A DNA stretch of 64,000 nt from Neophaeotheca triangularis (taxonomy: Eukaryota). The position numbers and the translations under genes are program-made. Within the stretch, counting starts at the first letter, position 1. Each line of letters begins with the position of its first letter. The stretch spans positions 186,001 through 250,000 of the forward strand of contig BAAIJX010000005.1 of NCBI GenBank assembly GCA_054600435.1. The letters are read 5' to 3'. Positions 1 through 13,582 of the stretch are shown piece after piece. Below the pieces are notes generated by a model. The model was not told where the DNA came from. It searched no databases and saw only the letters and a program-made list of their open reading frames with translations.

Positions 1-12
1 AGCACTGGCTGT

Positions 13-270
13 TCAACAGCGAGCTGGGCTTTGAAGAGATGAGAGTGATTCAACACTGCGGGTCGCTTGCCATTGGCTCGGACCGGCTAATACTTGACGA
101 GCTAGTTCTAGAGGGACGGATGTCAAGCCGTCGACAGCATTGCGCCCGGAGAGGACGCTGTATTCAAGCACGGGCTTGGTAGGGCTTGGGGAGAAGGATA
201 GCCCTCTTGCGGCTGCTTCGACCCAGTGTTCAAGAACGACCCAGGGGGTTTGGGGAGACACGTATAACAT
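13..270 (-). CDS. possible 5' exon of an unknown gene running off the window edge
   Basis: ATG-initiated 85-codon ORF divergent from RIB4, with CT-rich leader; no recognisable domain. Confidence 0.25.
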   Translation of the reverse strand: MLYVSPQTPWVVLEHWVEAAARGLSFSPSPTKPVLEYSVLSGRNAVDGLTSVPLELARQVLAGPSQWQATRSVESLSSLQSPARC

Positions 271-664
271 TGAGAGGTGAAATGAACGACACCTCGTAGC
301 AGTGTAGCAGCAGAGTTGGTCTACGATGCGGCAAACTGCTCTGTATCAACCCTTCTTCGAAAGACATTTGTGTGCCTCGTTATGCCGAACCCTCTTTCCA
401 CATGGCTCACGTGATATAGCGCGGAAAGCGGGCATTGGCTTCCAATTCTGTTTCAGAAGCCGGGACCTTGCAGCAGGCCGATTGACCCCGCCGCCGTGCC
501 CGGTCGCCGACGTCAACTTCACCTGCGAATGCAGCTTACGGGCAACACGCTTCTAAACATACCTCACCCACAGCTCCATACCTTTGCACCAGCACATTGG
601 CATTGAATCGCAGCATCAACCCCTCACAAACCAAATTGATCGCAAACAGCACAACTCAAACATC

Positions 665-1426
<762 letters not shown>

Positions 1427-2316
1427 GTGAGATGCGAGAACTCTTGCATACCTGCAGCTACATGACGATTGTATGTCTGAGAACGAGGAGTTGACAGAGC
1501 TGGTCGCGCGTGGAACGCCCGGCAGTACCCCTTAGCGGGCCACGGAAGACACGGCGGCTTCGATAGGACGCCCTGATGAAAGAAACACCCGACGTAAGTA
1601 GAAGTAGTGCGCGGGTAAGGATCATACTTTGCCAACTTTCTCCTTGAAGACTGTATGACCGTCGTGTCAAAAAGATAAAAATGTCCGCAGGAATACAATC
1701 GGAAAAGGCGTCCAGGTTACTTGACTAGAGCTCTGGACCCAAAAAAGCGCAAAAAGATCGATAAGCTAACTCCAATAAGAGAAACCCCCCCACCCACCGG
1801 TATGTGAATGACAAATCCCATAGTGAGTCGGCTGAGGACAGCACCTCCTAGATATGAACTGCAAGGTGCAGTCTTACCCGGGTACCTACCTAATAGGAAG
1901 GTAGGCAACAGCTGTCGCGCGCGAGTCAGACGTTACCAAGCAGAATAGAAGGTGAGGTGAGGTCCGATGAGAAAGGGAGAGCTAGCCCATATCGGCAGGA
2001 GTCGTTTTGATCCAAAGTACAGTTACGGCAGGGTCTTTCGCAATGGCAATAGGTACATCGCAGAACTGAGGGTAAAGGTGTACATCCTATGAGCAAAAGC
2101 CCTGGAGACTCCATTACAGGGCCGGTCGTGAGTCTGCACACTCATCACCACTAAGGATACTGAAGCAAACCCAGCCTCGCTCGTCATCACCCGAGCTACC
2201 TACCACTGAAGAGCTGAAGGCAATCTTGCCTCTCTCGGAGATGCAGCTTCCCTGCCAGCTATCTATAGCTTCTCTATTCGAGCAAAGAGGACTCGTAAAC
2301 CATTTCAGCCATTCGC

Positions 2317-3321
2317 TCAACGCCCTCCCATCAGCAATTTCGAAGTCTGGACCACAAAATTACCGAATCGTTGCGTAAGCCTGGCTCTCGCTTGTGTGTG
2401 ATTCTCATTGCAGGATCCTTCCAACCCAGCTTGTTCCAGCTCGTCGCGATCCAAATACCAGTCTGTAGAGCAGAGGTTGACGAATTTCACACCATGAATG
2501 CTACTCTCAAGCGTGCTGACCGAGGTCGCAAGCAAGGCTCCAGCCGCGCCGGCCGCTTCACCCTTGTGGATACGTTCAAGAACTCCGAAGAAGTGCGGTC
2601 CAGCACATAGGCCTTTGCCAGAGTATGGGCCACAGATACCGTGATGCTGGGTACGGCAGTAAGACAAGTCATGGAGGAACTCTATCTTCATTTTCGGAAT
2701 CCGGGACATGGCGATGCAGAGCTTTGGGCCAAGCCACTTCAGCCAGCGTAAGAATCTGGGTATCTGGGACTCCGTGACTTGGATTGTCAAGAGTTCAATG
2801 TTGCCGAAGTAGATGGAGCCAGCCTCCGTGCGAATAGTCGGGTGGACGCTGAGAATGCCGGGAAGCCGAGCTTCGGAGAAACTATAGTACTGTGAAGGCT
2901 CATCTTCGCGTACGGAATTGCTGGTCTGTTTGTGGGTTTTGCAGAAATAGAAATCCTGATAGAAAATGTTGTTGAGGTTTTTCAGTTCAGGGAGGAATTC
3001 GTAGACTTGATTGCGTATCTCTGAAGGAAGATCGAAGAAACGGAACGTGCCTGGCTTGAAGGCTTTGGACCTTGATGCAGCAGTGGAGAGGCGGTGGATG
3101 TTGAATGTGCTTCCATAGCCAAGGACCCTTGCTTGCCGTAGGGTTGAGGTCCCAAATTGTTTCGGCTGTGGTACCGTATGTTCGTTAGAAGAAGGTTGTG
3201 GAGTGCCAGGCGAAAGCTACATTGTGTTGCTTGACATGCTGTTGGAGATATTGCGCACAGATTTGCTTCGGTTGAGTGAGGCAGCGGTGGGTCGCGCGTA
3301 TGGCGGCATCGTGTTGGCCAT
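2317..3321 (-). CDS. hypothetical protein with F-box-like 'FFDLPSEIRNQVYE' motif
   Basis: CCACCATGG start at 3321, in frame with ORF 2317-2790. Reads ...FRFFDLPSEIRNQVYEFL...LPGILSVHPTIRTEAGSIYFGN... The in-frame TAG at 3219-3217 is removable by a candidate 93-nt intron 3258-3166 (GTGCGC..CTAAC..CAG). Confidence 0.6.
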
Positions 3322-4389
3322 GGTGGAGTTTGCAGTGCTGAGGTTCTTAGGTCTGGCTTGAGGTAGCAGTGCGATCTGGTCTCAAGGGATTGCTTCGGGT
3401 TATACGGGTGAGTACCATACGCGTGCCGCTGGTTTGATAGACGGTCCGCTAATGTTGCAACCTGGAAGGTGGTGGGCGACTCTGAGAAGCTCGCCAGCGA
3501 GTTAGAAGACGGTCAAGAGACTTCCAAATCCCGCACACGTGACTTGTTTCACCTCACCTCACTCTTAGGATCCATTGTCAACCTCTAACTAGTACTGAGG
3601 GCAGTATACAGAAATGTCTACCGCTGGCACGTCGTCTTTCCGAGACCTGCCCGCCTATTCAACAGTCTACATGGAATAGTCGAATAGACCTAGCTAAATA
3701 CCCCTTGGGTCATTGCGACTAGGGAACCTACACGAGTGTTCTGTTGATGCGGATGCTGCGGCTATGGTGCATCTCTCAAGGCTCCCCCGGGCGAGGTTAC
3801 CCACGAAGTCGCTCGCTCAGACCCAAGCGCTGCAGTGGCTGCGGCTTAAGCAAAAAAAGGAGATCCGAGCAGGAGGCAGTCGAATCAGCATAGCGCATCT
3901 TGCCGAGAGCGTCGAATGAACGTCAAAAGTCAAGCGCAGGAGGAAGTTGGGGTGGGGGTGTTGGAGAGATGAGATGAGATGAAGTCGAGATGAAGAAATC
4001 GGGGAAACGTCCACGAACGTCCTACCAAAACGTTGGTATGCAGGGTTCCAAGCGGGCAGCCAATCAGTGCATGCGATTCGACCTGCCAGCTTCGTGGGCC
4101 CTGTCAGACAGTCCCCTAAACTCTACCAACTACATGTGATCTAACAACTTCCTCCTTGTCTTTGTCCTTTCCCACCACCGCCTATCTGTATTTTCTTCCT
4201 ACGCGACCACTCCATAACCCCTTAATCGTTGTACTTTTGCGCAATTCTTGCATACTAGCGACCGACCTAATAATCGTCACCCTCGACCTCTGACTCCCTC
4301 TAATTTACCCCGAACGCCATAATCAGAACCCACTTGAACATCTGCACTCCATCAATCTACGAAGCCACCCTAGGCGAACGCCATCCTAC

Positions 4390-7203
4390 ATGCCGCCGGC
4401 GCGCACAGTAGCCGAGCAACAAAAGCAAGACAAACTCACCAACAGCTACAACAGCCTCCTCGCCGAGTTCAACTCCCCAGACCTTCATAGCGTCGGCAAC
4501 TACTCGCTCGGCCGACTGATCGGCAAGGGGTCCTTTGGCAAAGTATACCTTGCCTCGCACAAACTCATCCATGGCTCGCGCGTGGTGCTTAAGAGCGCCA
4601 ACAAGAACGATGCCAATTTGGCGCGCGAGATCCACCACCACAGACAGTTCCTGCACCCGCATATAGCACGACTGTATGAGGTTATCGTGACGGAGAATTT
4701 GGTTTGGTTGGTGCTAGAGTACTGTCCTGGAGATGAGCTATACAATCATTTGCTGGAGAAGGGGAAGATGGATGCCGGAACAGTACAGAAGATCTTCACA
4801 CAATTGGTGGGTGCCGTGAGCTATGTGCACAACAAGGCTTGCGTACATCGAGACTTGAAGCTAGAGAATATACTGCTGGACAAGAATGACGACGTCAAAC
4901 TGGTGGATTTTGGCTTCACGAGAGAGTACCAGGGGGCTACGAGCTATTTGCAGACTTGGTGTGGAACTATCTGCTACAGCGCGCCTGAGATGCTCAAAGG
5001 GGAGAAGTACGCAGGCGAAAAAGTTGACGTATGGAGTCTGGGCGTCATCCTGTATGCGTTGCTTTGTGGAGAGCTGCCCTTTGACGAAGACGACGAAAGT
5101 GATACCAAGAACTTGATTCTGAAGCAAGAACCAAAGTACCCAGATCACGTCCCGGAACCTGCAAGAGACCTGATTAAGAAGCTACTGTCGAAGCGACCGC
5201 TGTTGAGACCGTCACTCGCGGATATATTACGAGACCCCTGGCTGACAGAGCATGCACCTCAACAGCAAGAAATCCTGAAGCTTCAGCAGCCGCCCCCGTT
5301 CACCACACCGCTGGAAAAGGATGTCTTACAAAGAATGCGTTCAGCGGGTGTGGACATTGACATGGTCATCGAGCACGTGCTGGCCCAGAGATGCGATTCG
5401 TTGGCTGGTTGGTGGGCACTTCTCTTGGAGAAAGAGGAGCGAAAGGAGAAAAGACGGCAACGCAAGAGAAAAGAGAAGGAAGCCGAAGCAAAGAGCTTAA
5501 GGCGGTTGAGCGCGGCTAGTAGCCGCCTTTTAGCTCAAAGTGCTCTCGGTGAAATCTATGAGGGCGAGGAAGGCGCCACGTCCGAAAGCCCCAGAACCAG
5601 AGGTCGTAGAATGACCCGACAGAATGGCAGTGCCACAGTTTCCACTGATCTACCGAGAGTCACTGAGACCAAGTCTCCGGAACCAGAGGACTCGCGGCCA
5701 CCGCCCATTGAAAAGGATAGCTTCGGGAACAAGAGTCGATCGCGCAGCCGACCCAAACCGCCTCCTAAGGAACCGAGTGCTACGACCGTACGACGTCCAC
5801 GGAACACTAGTAGAGGATCCTCTTCTATGCTTAGGACCTTTACAACGAACCCCGATCTTCTCTCTCCCAATTACGTTCCCCCTACGCAGCGTGCAAAACG
5901 GCGGACTTTCTACCAGCAGCCGCTGAAGCAACAGCTTTCTATGGTGAAGCATTGGTTTAAAGAGAACGCCAAACGCGCAAAGTCGCCTGTAGCTGGAACA
6001 TCAGGAACAAACAGTAACAACAATGACGATACCAGTCCGAAGCAACCAAACGGGCAAAATCTCACGGGCCACGGAAGCGGCGGTCGCGAGATCAAGCGCA
6101 CATCCACTGGGCCATTACCCCAACACCGCAAAGCCTCCTTCAGCGGAAGACCTGACATCGTCACCCGCGCGACTCTGCCAGCTCGGCCTCGCCTCGATAC
6201 CACAAGCAGTCACGACAGCAATGCCTCCCTTCATCGAGCAAAGCGAGCCTCCCTCTCTCCAAACACACTAACAACCCACTCCAGCTACCGTCGCCGCTCT
6301 TCCACCGGCCGCCGAGGAGTCAGTGGCCGCAAATCCGCTTCTTCGTCCGTCAGCTCGATTCGTAGCATGCACCAAGGGCCCGGTGGCGGGAACAACAACG
6401 GCACTCTCAGCCGTAGCGGTAGCGGAACTCACGCCCAGCACCCAACCCATAACCACTCCCTCTCTAAAGCCTCCTCGACTTCTTCAAACTCCCTCTCCAT
6501 GGCTTCTCCCTCCGCTCTCAGTGGCTCGAGCACTTCCTGTGTCGCCCGCTCTCCCCACACTTCCGTCAAAGTCCTACCTTCCACTCCCACAACCGGTTCT
6601 TTTCCCAGCGGTATTCGCATCTCCCGCCGCCCTGTTCCAGGCAGTCTAGGGTCCTTGCCGACTTTCAACAGCGAGGCCCGCAGCGCATTCGCTAGCGGCG
6701 GCGCACCGCCAAGCCCCGGTCTCCCCGTTTTCGCGCGCAGGAAGAGGAGCGTGTTCCGTGGACCAGGCATAGGGGGGAGTCCCAGCGGGCTAGGACGGCT
6801 GCGGGAAGGCTCATCGGGGAGTCGGGAAGCTAGTCGCGGTAGGAAGAGCGGCGATTTGATGGGAGAAGTCGTCGAGGAGGATGAGGAGATGGAGGAAGGA
6901 GAAGGAGAGGATGGCGAATACGAAGACGTGGTGGAGGATGTTGAGCCGACTTTCTTGTTCGGGCCGCAGTTGAATGTAGTCAGTCCTGCTGTGGGGATGC
7001 CTGGCGAAGCCGGAGTGCCTGCTACACCGCTCGAGGGCAGTTCTAGCTTGGGGGGAGCTGGTGGTGCTGAAGAGGGGCTCGAGAGGGGCCACAGTAGTGC
7101 TGGTGCTGTCCCGCTTACGGCTGAGGCGTTGGCGAAGAAGAACATCGAGGACCGGAAGATCAAGGACGAGAAGATGGAGAGGGATACCGTCAGAGCAAGC
7201 TAA
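4390..7203 (+). CDS. CAMK/AMPK-related Ser/Thr protein kinase (Ppk16-like) with long low-complexity C-terminus
   Basis: 937-aa ORF with GKGSFGKV, HRDLKLEN, DFG and WCGTICYSAPE motifs, followed by a UBA-like/coiled-coil segment. Confidence 0.9.
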   Translation: MPPARTVAEQQKQDKLTNSYNSLLAEFNSPDLHSVGNYSLGRLIGKGSFGKVYLASHKLIHGSRVVLKSANKNDANLAREIHHHRQFLHPHIARLYEVIVTENLVWLVLEYCPGDELYNHLLEKGKMDAGTVQKIFTQLVGAVSYVHNKACVHRDLKLENILLDKNDDVKLVDFGFTREYQGATSYLQTWCGTICYSAPEMLKGEKYAGEKVDVWSLGVILYALLCGELPFDEDDESDTKNLILKQEPKYPDHVPEPARDLIKKLLSKRPLLRPSLADILRDPWLTEHAPQQQEILKLQQPPPFTTPLEKDVLQRMRSAGVDIDMVIEHVLAQRCDSLAGWWALLLEKEERKEKRRQRKRKEKEAEAKSLRRLSAASSRLLAQSALGEIYEGEEGATSESPRTRGRRMTRQNGSATVSTDLPRVTETKSPEPEDSRPPPIEKDSFGNKSRSRSRPKPPPKEPSATTVRRPRNTSRGSSSMLRTFTTNPDLLSPNYVPPTQRAKRRTFYQQPLKQQLSMVKHWFKENAKRAKSPVAGTSGTNSNNNDDTSPKQPNGQNLTGHGSGGREIKRTSTGPLPQHRKASFSGRPDIVTRATLPARPRLDTTSSHDSNASLHRAKRASLSPNTLTTHSSYRRRSSTGRRGVSGRKSASSSVSSIRSMHQGPGGGNNNGTLSRSGSGTHAQHPTHNHSLSKASSTSSNSLSMASPSALSGSSTSCVARSPHTSVKVLPSTPTTGSFPSGIRISRRPVPGSLGSLPTFNSEARSAFASGGAPPSPGLPVFARRKRSVFRGPGIGGSPSGLGRLREGSSGSREASRGRKSGDLMGEVVEEDEEMEEGEGEDGEYEDVVEDVEPTFLFGPQLNVVSPAVGMPGEAGVPATPLEGSSSLGGAGGAEEGLERGHSSAGAVPLTAEALAKKNIEDRKIKDEKMERDTVRAS

Positions 7204-8721
7204 GCGGTCGGCTCTTGGTGTCTGCGTTGATTGGCGTTGCTTCTTGGTTCCTGCAACGTTCTAGCAAGCGAGCTTTCTTTGACGGGGTGGATTCGGGGGC
7301 TAGGGACGGCAGCAATGAGACATGATCGATATCGTCAGCATGTACTGTCATGGAACCCCAGCTGTCGTGGAGAGATGATAGAATAGGTAATGCTGAGTGT
7401 CTGGGTACCGGTAGCCTTAGGGAGAAAGGCTCCACACCCTGCGTCGAGTGTGTGGCGTGTCAAGACCAAAGGTCTACGCTACGGTCTTTCAAGCAAAGAG
7501 TAGATAGACGCAAGAAGAAATCGTGGTGAATCCCTGGATTGCGCGAACTTCTTCAACTTTCTTGTAACCGTCTGCTTCGAGCCTCCCTCCAACGATAAGA
7601 TATGTAGTGGACCAGATTGCCAGAAGGTTTCGAACATGAGTTCCCCGCCTTGCTTCGAATTCCAACATGTTCCTTCCTCCATCTCGCCAACCGTTCAGTA
7701 GAGCAGACATGGCCAAGGCAGCAATTCCAATCGCGGTGTGAGTTGCAAGCAGATACGCGCGTGGCTTCCCGTGACATTCCTGGCCTCGCGCATCAACGCA
7801 ATCGACTGCGGGCAGCCGAGCGCTCTGGAGATGGATCGAGCAGCAATAACCCTGCCGTGACACTATTCTCGCTCGGCTAAGTGCGAAAGAAGTTGTTGCA
7901 GGTTGTTGTCCATGTCTCATCCATCTTATGCGCGCGTCTTGGGCGAGGGAGAATGGAGAGGCTACCGCGCATCTGCGGCCTGCCTCTACCTGTTGAAGTC
8001 CGCCCATCGAGCGAACATGGCCTGCGACGGCGTGATATCCGTCCGACGCACTCTCAGTTGGAGATTTGAGTGAGAGCTGTAGCTACGTTACTTGACAAGA
8101 ATCCACAATGATGATGGATGGATGGCCTCTGGTGGTGACGCTGCCGTCGTTGGCCTGCCTGATCGGGAAATGGTGATTCAGGCTTGGTTCTCAATCAAGA
8201 CACGTCAAGATGCGATGCTTGAGCGGTCAAGCTTGACGGGATGGAGGTGCCGGCGCAGGGTGTATGCAGGCGAAGGGCTAGTCCTGTTTATCTATCCTGC
8301 TGGCTTTGGTGTATCCCGTCCATTTCCAAGGCTAGTTGGATTACCTGGAAGCATTTTTATTCATGCGGACGAGCGATGAAACTACTTGGCCGACCGGAAG
8401 GACCGCTATCCTCCTCCAGTGACTACCTGAGATGTCTCCGCATCCGGGGCCGTAGATATGTCAGTCCAGCCCTACCTTTCTTACACTTGAGTTAACTAAA
8501 ACTAATGACTAAGGTACTATACGTTAGTACGGTCACAAGTTAAGTTACATATAAGATTATATTAGCCAAGCAGAACAGTCAAGAAAAGCAGCTCGAGCCA
8601 GGTCGGCGATATCAACCTTAGCTAGCTTTCCAGAAAAGGCCAAGACGGGTGTGCCAAGTGGAGTCGTTCGCGTGGGTCCGACGATTCAACGGGCCAAGCT
8701 AAAATCTTCAGAACACTGAAC

Positions 8722-8728
8722 TGACTCA
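8722..8728 (+). promoter_or_regulatory. Gcn4/CPC-1/CpcA consensus site upstream of the amino-acid permease
   Basis: Perfect TGACTCA about 790 nt upstream of the permease ATG; several GATA motifs also lie in 7590-9290. Confidence 0.4.
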
Positions 8729-8930
8729 TCATCATTGTAGCCAAATCGGGAGGTCAAAGCAATTATATGTGCTTCCTGGCGGAATTGTTGTCGCAGAGTC
8801 GCACGGAAAGAAAAATGAGCACCGCCCTTCTGCAGCCAGACCTAGAAAGACTGCTTGCCCTGCCATGATTGGTCGGCTGCTGCGTCCCGACTGCAGCCGA
8901 GATATGTCGTGAGACGCTGCGCTTCGTCGA

Positions 8931-8947
8931 TAGAGAGAGAGAGAGAG
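8931..8947. repeat. (AG)n microsatellite
   Basis: agagagagagagagag run. Confidence 0.8.
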
Positions 8948-9513
8948 CTGTAGGTACATAGTACACTGTACCTAGCCTAGCCTAGTTATTTTATTAGCCT
9001 GTGTGAGCTTGTGTGAGCCTGTGCCAGCTTCACCCTCGTCACACAAACGCCGCTTGCAAAACCCGCCTCTCGCATCACCCCTGACCCTACTCAAGCCTAC
9101 CCTACCCTACCTTAGTACCTACTACTACCTGTACCTTACCCGTCCTGCCTCTTACCGTCTTACCCATCTTTTTTCTTCTTTTGCCCTGCTTTTCCCTTCT
9201 CTAGCTCGCGGTAAGTCCAAGTCTAATAATTGCCCGACGGCGTCTAGCAGCTTGCCATTATTATTCTCACAAAGGCCCACTCCGATACCAACGGCCACGA
9301 ATACTACAAGTGGGGGCTATGTCCCACACCGTCAATGTGGTCATAAAAGTCGAATTAGTATTATTCAGCTGTTAGCAACTTGCTGCAGCGTTGCTGCTGT
9401 TCTTCCCGCCTCGCCGCTCTGCTTCCAGTAGTCAAGGCTTCGTCTTTTGCCCTCGCATCCCATCCCACCCACGCAAAGACCAACCATATCGCAATCTGCT
9501 GCAGCCAGCCAAC

Positions 9514-11402
9514 ATGGAAGGCAGAAAAACCTTCGAGGCGCACGAATACTCGCCTAGCGGCAGTGGCTCCAACGACTTCCCCGAGTATGGACAGCAGCTG
9601 GACGCGAACCGGCCTTGGACCACGCGTCTGCTGGACAGCTTCAAACGCGATCCGAATGCCCACGCCACACCCAAGGGGGCAATCGGGGCAGATGGCAAGG
9701 TCTTCGACGTTGAGGGTGCTGCGCAGGCAACTGCGCAGTCTCCGCTACAAAGAAGCTTGAAGGGCCGTCATCTTCAGATGATTGCCATCGGTGGCTCTAT
9801 TGGTACAGGTCTTTTTGTCGGTTCTGGAAGCGCGCTGGCAAACGGTGGCCCTGCTTCGCTGCTCATTGGTTTCGGCCTTGTAGGTATCATGTTGTACTGC
9901 ACAGTACACGCTCTGGGTGAAATGGCCGTTCTCTTCCCGGTCGCTGGATCTTTCTCCGCCTACTCAACACGCTTCTTAGATCCAGCATGGGGTAAGCAAT
10001 GAGCTTGGTACAAGGCAGCACAGGATCTTCATGGTACTAACCCTTACGCTAGGCTTCGCAATGGGCTGGAACTACGCCATGCAATGGCTTGTTGTGTTGC
10101 CTCTCGAAATTGTCGCCGCCACTATCACGATAGAGTTCTGGAATGATGGAGCGGTTCACAATGACGCTTGGGTCGCCCTTTTCCTCGCTCTTATCATTGG
10201 AATCAATCTCTTCGGTGTCAAGGGCTACGGTGAAGCTGAATTCATCTTCTCGATAATCAAGGTCACTGCTGTGATCGGCTTTATCATCTTGGGCATTATC
10301 CTGAACGGTACGTCTTGCTTGGTTTCCTGCCATCTCGAAGGCATGCTGATTTTCCCTTCTAGTCGGCGGCGGACCAGACGGCAGCTATATTGGAGGCAGA
10401 TATTGGCACGACCCTGGGGCCTTTAACAATGGCTTCAAGGGCCTGTGTTCCGTCTTCGTCACCGGTGCCTTCTCGTACGCAGGCACCGAGCTTGTCGGGT
10501 TGGCTGCTGCAGAGACGGCAAACCCTCGCAAATCCCTTCCTACGGCTGTCAAGCAAGTCTTCTGGCGCATCACCCTGTTCTACATTGTCTCCCTGACCTT
10601 GGTCGGCCTGCTAGTGCCGTACAAGGAATCGCGTCTAATCAACGCCGAATCCGACGCAGACGCCAATGCCTCGCCATTCGTCATCGCCATCGACAACGCC
10701 GGTATCGCCGTCCTGCCATCGGTCATGAACGTGGTCATTCTCATTGCAGTGCTCTCGGTCGGCAACTCCTCCATCTACGGCTCCTCGCGCACCCTAGCCG
10801 CGCTAGCAGAACAAGGCCAGGCCCCGCAGATCCTCGCCTACATCGATCGTAAAGGCCGGCCCATCGTCTCAATTGCCATCGCCAGCGCCCTAGGTTTCCT
10901 CGGCTTCTTCGCCGGCAGCAAATACGAAAGCGACGCATTCAACTGGATGATCGCGCTTTCCGGTCTCTCCTCCATCTTCACCTGGGCCAGCATCTGTCTC
11001 GCGCACATCCGTTTCCGCCGAGCTTGGCGTCTGCAAGGCCACACTCTCGACGAGCTGGCTTTCCGCTCTCAACCGGGACTCATTGGCTCTTGGCTAGGCT
11101 TCATCTTCAACTGCCTCGTGCTCGTCGCGCAATTCTGGACCGGCGCATGGCCCGTCGGCTACAGTGAGATGACCGCTTCCGAGCAAGTGGAGAACTTCTT
11201 CATGGTCTACCTGGCCGCGCCGGTAGTCATTCTGTGCTACGTCCCCTACAAGATCTGGTACCGGACACCTTTTGTACGGTCCCATAACATGGATTTGCAC
11301 ACGGGAATGCGGGATCTCAATCTTGCCGAGTTGATCGCCGAGGAGAAGGCTGAGCAGGCGGCTTGGCCGAGGTGGAAGAAGGTCTACAAGTTCTTTTGCT
11401 AG
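9514..11402 (+). CDS. general amino acid permease (APC/YAT family, Gap1-like)
   Basis: Exons 9514-9991, 10053-10307 and 10363-11402; LKGRHLQMIAIGGSIGTGLF, GTELVGLAAAE and a C-terminal FFC; many TM helices. Confidence 0.93.
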
Positions 11403-11955
11403 CCCTGCATTGGATTTCGTTTGGCTGTTGGATAGATAGGGGAAGGTTCTTCTTGGACACGGTTACACGATTTGTATGATTTTTTTCTTGTACAGTATAT
11501 TATACCATAGCATGTGGTAGCCTGAATTGAAATGACTGTGGGATGCCATGATCACAGCAATTCCGCCACTGTCAAACATCCTCTTTCCTACTATCTGCCG
11601 GTCCCTTGGGCTGGCTTTCCGTCCAGCTTTCGTGTCCCGGCCGTTCGCCTTTCACTCGTGCTGCAACTGCCGAGCCCTTTGTATGAAGCACGCTGCGACT
11701 CAGCCTTCCGTGTTCTCGCAGCTGATAGATCGCCGCCTCGGCTACAGGTGCAGCTCTGTATCAGCCCGGTGCCTAGAACTAGACGAAGACACTCTTGTTC
11801 ACGCAATGGACCAACCGTAAAGGAAGAGAGCACGGGCTTGGAAGCGATTGTTCGAATTGAACTTGTATGAATTACGAAAAGAGCAAACGGCGACGATGTG
11901 GTATCTCTAGAACTCCAGCCTACCAACGCCTAGTTACATGCCCTTGACCCACACG

Positions 11956-13582
11956 TTATCGCGGAAAGCTCGAAACAACAGGGCTAGCATATGCTCCCGG
12001 AATCGGCACACTCTCGTACACCTGCTCGCCCGGCACTCTTGCGTCGAAGTGCCCCTGGTGCTGCTCGCTCGGTGCTTGGGATTGCTCGGCTTGAACTGTG
12101 TTTTGTTGGTTCGTTTCCTCGGACCGAGGCGTGATGGATCTTTCGGAGCACTCCCGAGTACTTGTCTGCACGGGCTGAAACCCCGCTTGCGACATCTTGG
12201 GCGTAGCGTTGGTGACCTTGATGGGAGGTGGTTGGAGTTGGAAGGGCTTGGGAGCGGGTGCCTTGGGTGCGTTGGGGTCGATGTATTGCACGTTGCCTTC
12301 TTCGATGGAGGGACCCTGCTCGTAGTAGTCCACTGGTGGCTTCCATCCGCCGTCGCGCGCGCTCAGAGGTCCGTTTGCACCGTAGTGACCACCCGGGATG
12401 CCAGGAGTGTTGGGTGCGGATTGTCCACGAAGCTGAGCAAGGTACATGTCGCTGCGCGCGCGGTCACGGTGCGCCATGGATTTCCGGAGCTGACGTTTCG
12501 AGTAGAATCGGTAGAAGATGATGCCGTAGATGGCGATTGTGAGCGTCTCGACCACGATTTCGATGATACAGCAGACCAGGGACCAATTCTGGAGTCGACA
12601 GATTAGGGCGTAGGAAACTTCGTTCTCGAATAGTCTGCTGCGCTCGTTGTTCACGCAAGCCCAACCCCACATGTCTTTATTGTCGCTGTTTGATTTGGAC
12701 CCTTGGAGCAATCCGGCGCCGATTCCCCACATGACGAGGCTGATGATGAAGAAGGCGGCTGCAAACACGGTGTAGTACACCGCAGCTTTCTCGGCCCTCC
12801 CATTGCCGCGTTTGAAGTTTTGATAGATGACGTAGATCGATGCTGCGAGTGTGATGGCTGCAATGACCATGAGGGTCACTTGAGGCCAGATTTTCTGATT
12901 CGGAGCCCATGGGGGAAGACCGTTGCGAGGTGGGAGGGACATCGTTGCGCGGAAGATGGTGAAGGTCGTCGCAAGCATCGAGACGACGATAAGAGCGCAG
13001 GAGAAGTTGACTCCACGTAGTAAGATCTTTGCTAATCTGACACGAGTTTTGATTTTCTGTAGAATCGTTAGCAGAGCTCGACAATTTTAGATTCGAACTG
13101 GAACGTACCAAGTCTTTGGCTTGCACCTTTGTGGTGGCGGCTTCCCGCTTCTCTAGCATCTCTTCGTGGGTGAATGCAGGACTCTTCAAACCGCCAAAGT
13201 CTTTCGGGGCCGCGCCAGGGGTCTTCATTGCACTCTTGAGAGGGCTTTTGAGAGGTGTCCTGGGTGTATACGGCGCCTGGTGTTCGTTCGATTCTGGCAT
13301 CTCTACGGACTCGTGCTTGTTCACGTAGCCAAAGCCTACGTCAGACGGTTGAGGTTGCGCCATGTAGTGGTTCGTTGGTGTCGGCGCTGGGTCTGCAAAG
13401 GGCGCTCTGCTCGTCTTCGATGGCTCGATAGGCGAGTTGACCGCTGTTGCCTCTGCAAAGCGTGCCGTCCGAGGCGACCGTAGTGATGATGCTTTAAGAG
13501 ACGGGGCGTAGGAGTCTTGCGAGGATGTGCGTGGCCGCGCAGAAACGGTCACTTCGGACTTCTTCTCTTCTAGTCCTGACAT
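11956..13582 (-). CDS. multi-TM membrane protein similar to hyphal anastomosis protein HAM-8
   Basis: Intron 13108-13057 (GTACGT..CTAAC..CAG) joins two ORFs. Motifs RTARFAEATAVNSP, KDMWGWACV, LICRLQNWSL and RDRARSDMYLAQLR resemble Pezizomycotina HAM-8 as I recall it. Confidence 0.75.

Noticed and set aside
6429..7163. Long antisense ORFs (also 11938-12606, 49368-50036, 54795-55634, 57329-57883)
   Set aside because: Shadows of GC-rich coding sequence on the opposite strand; no motifs
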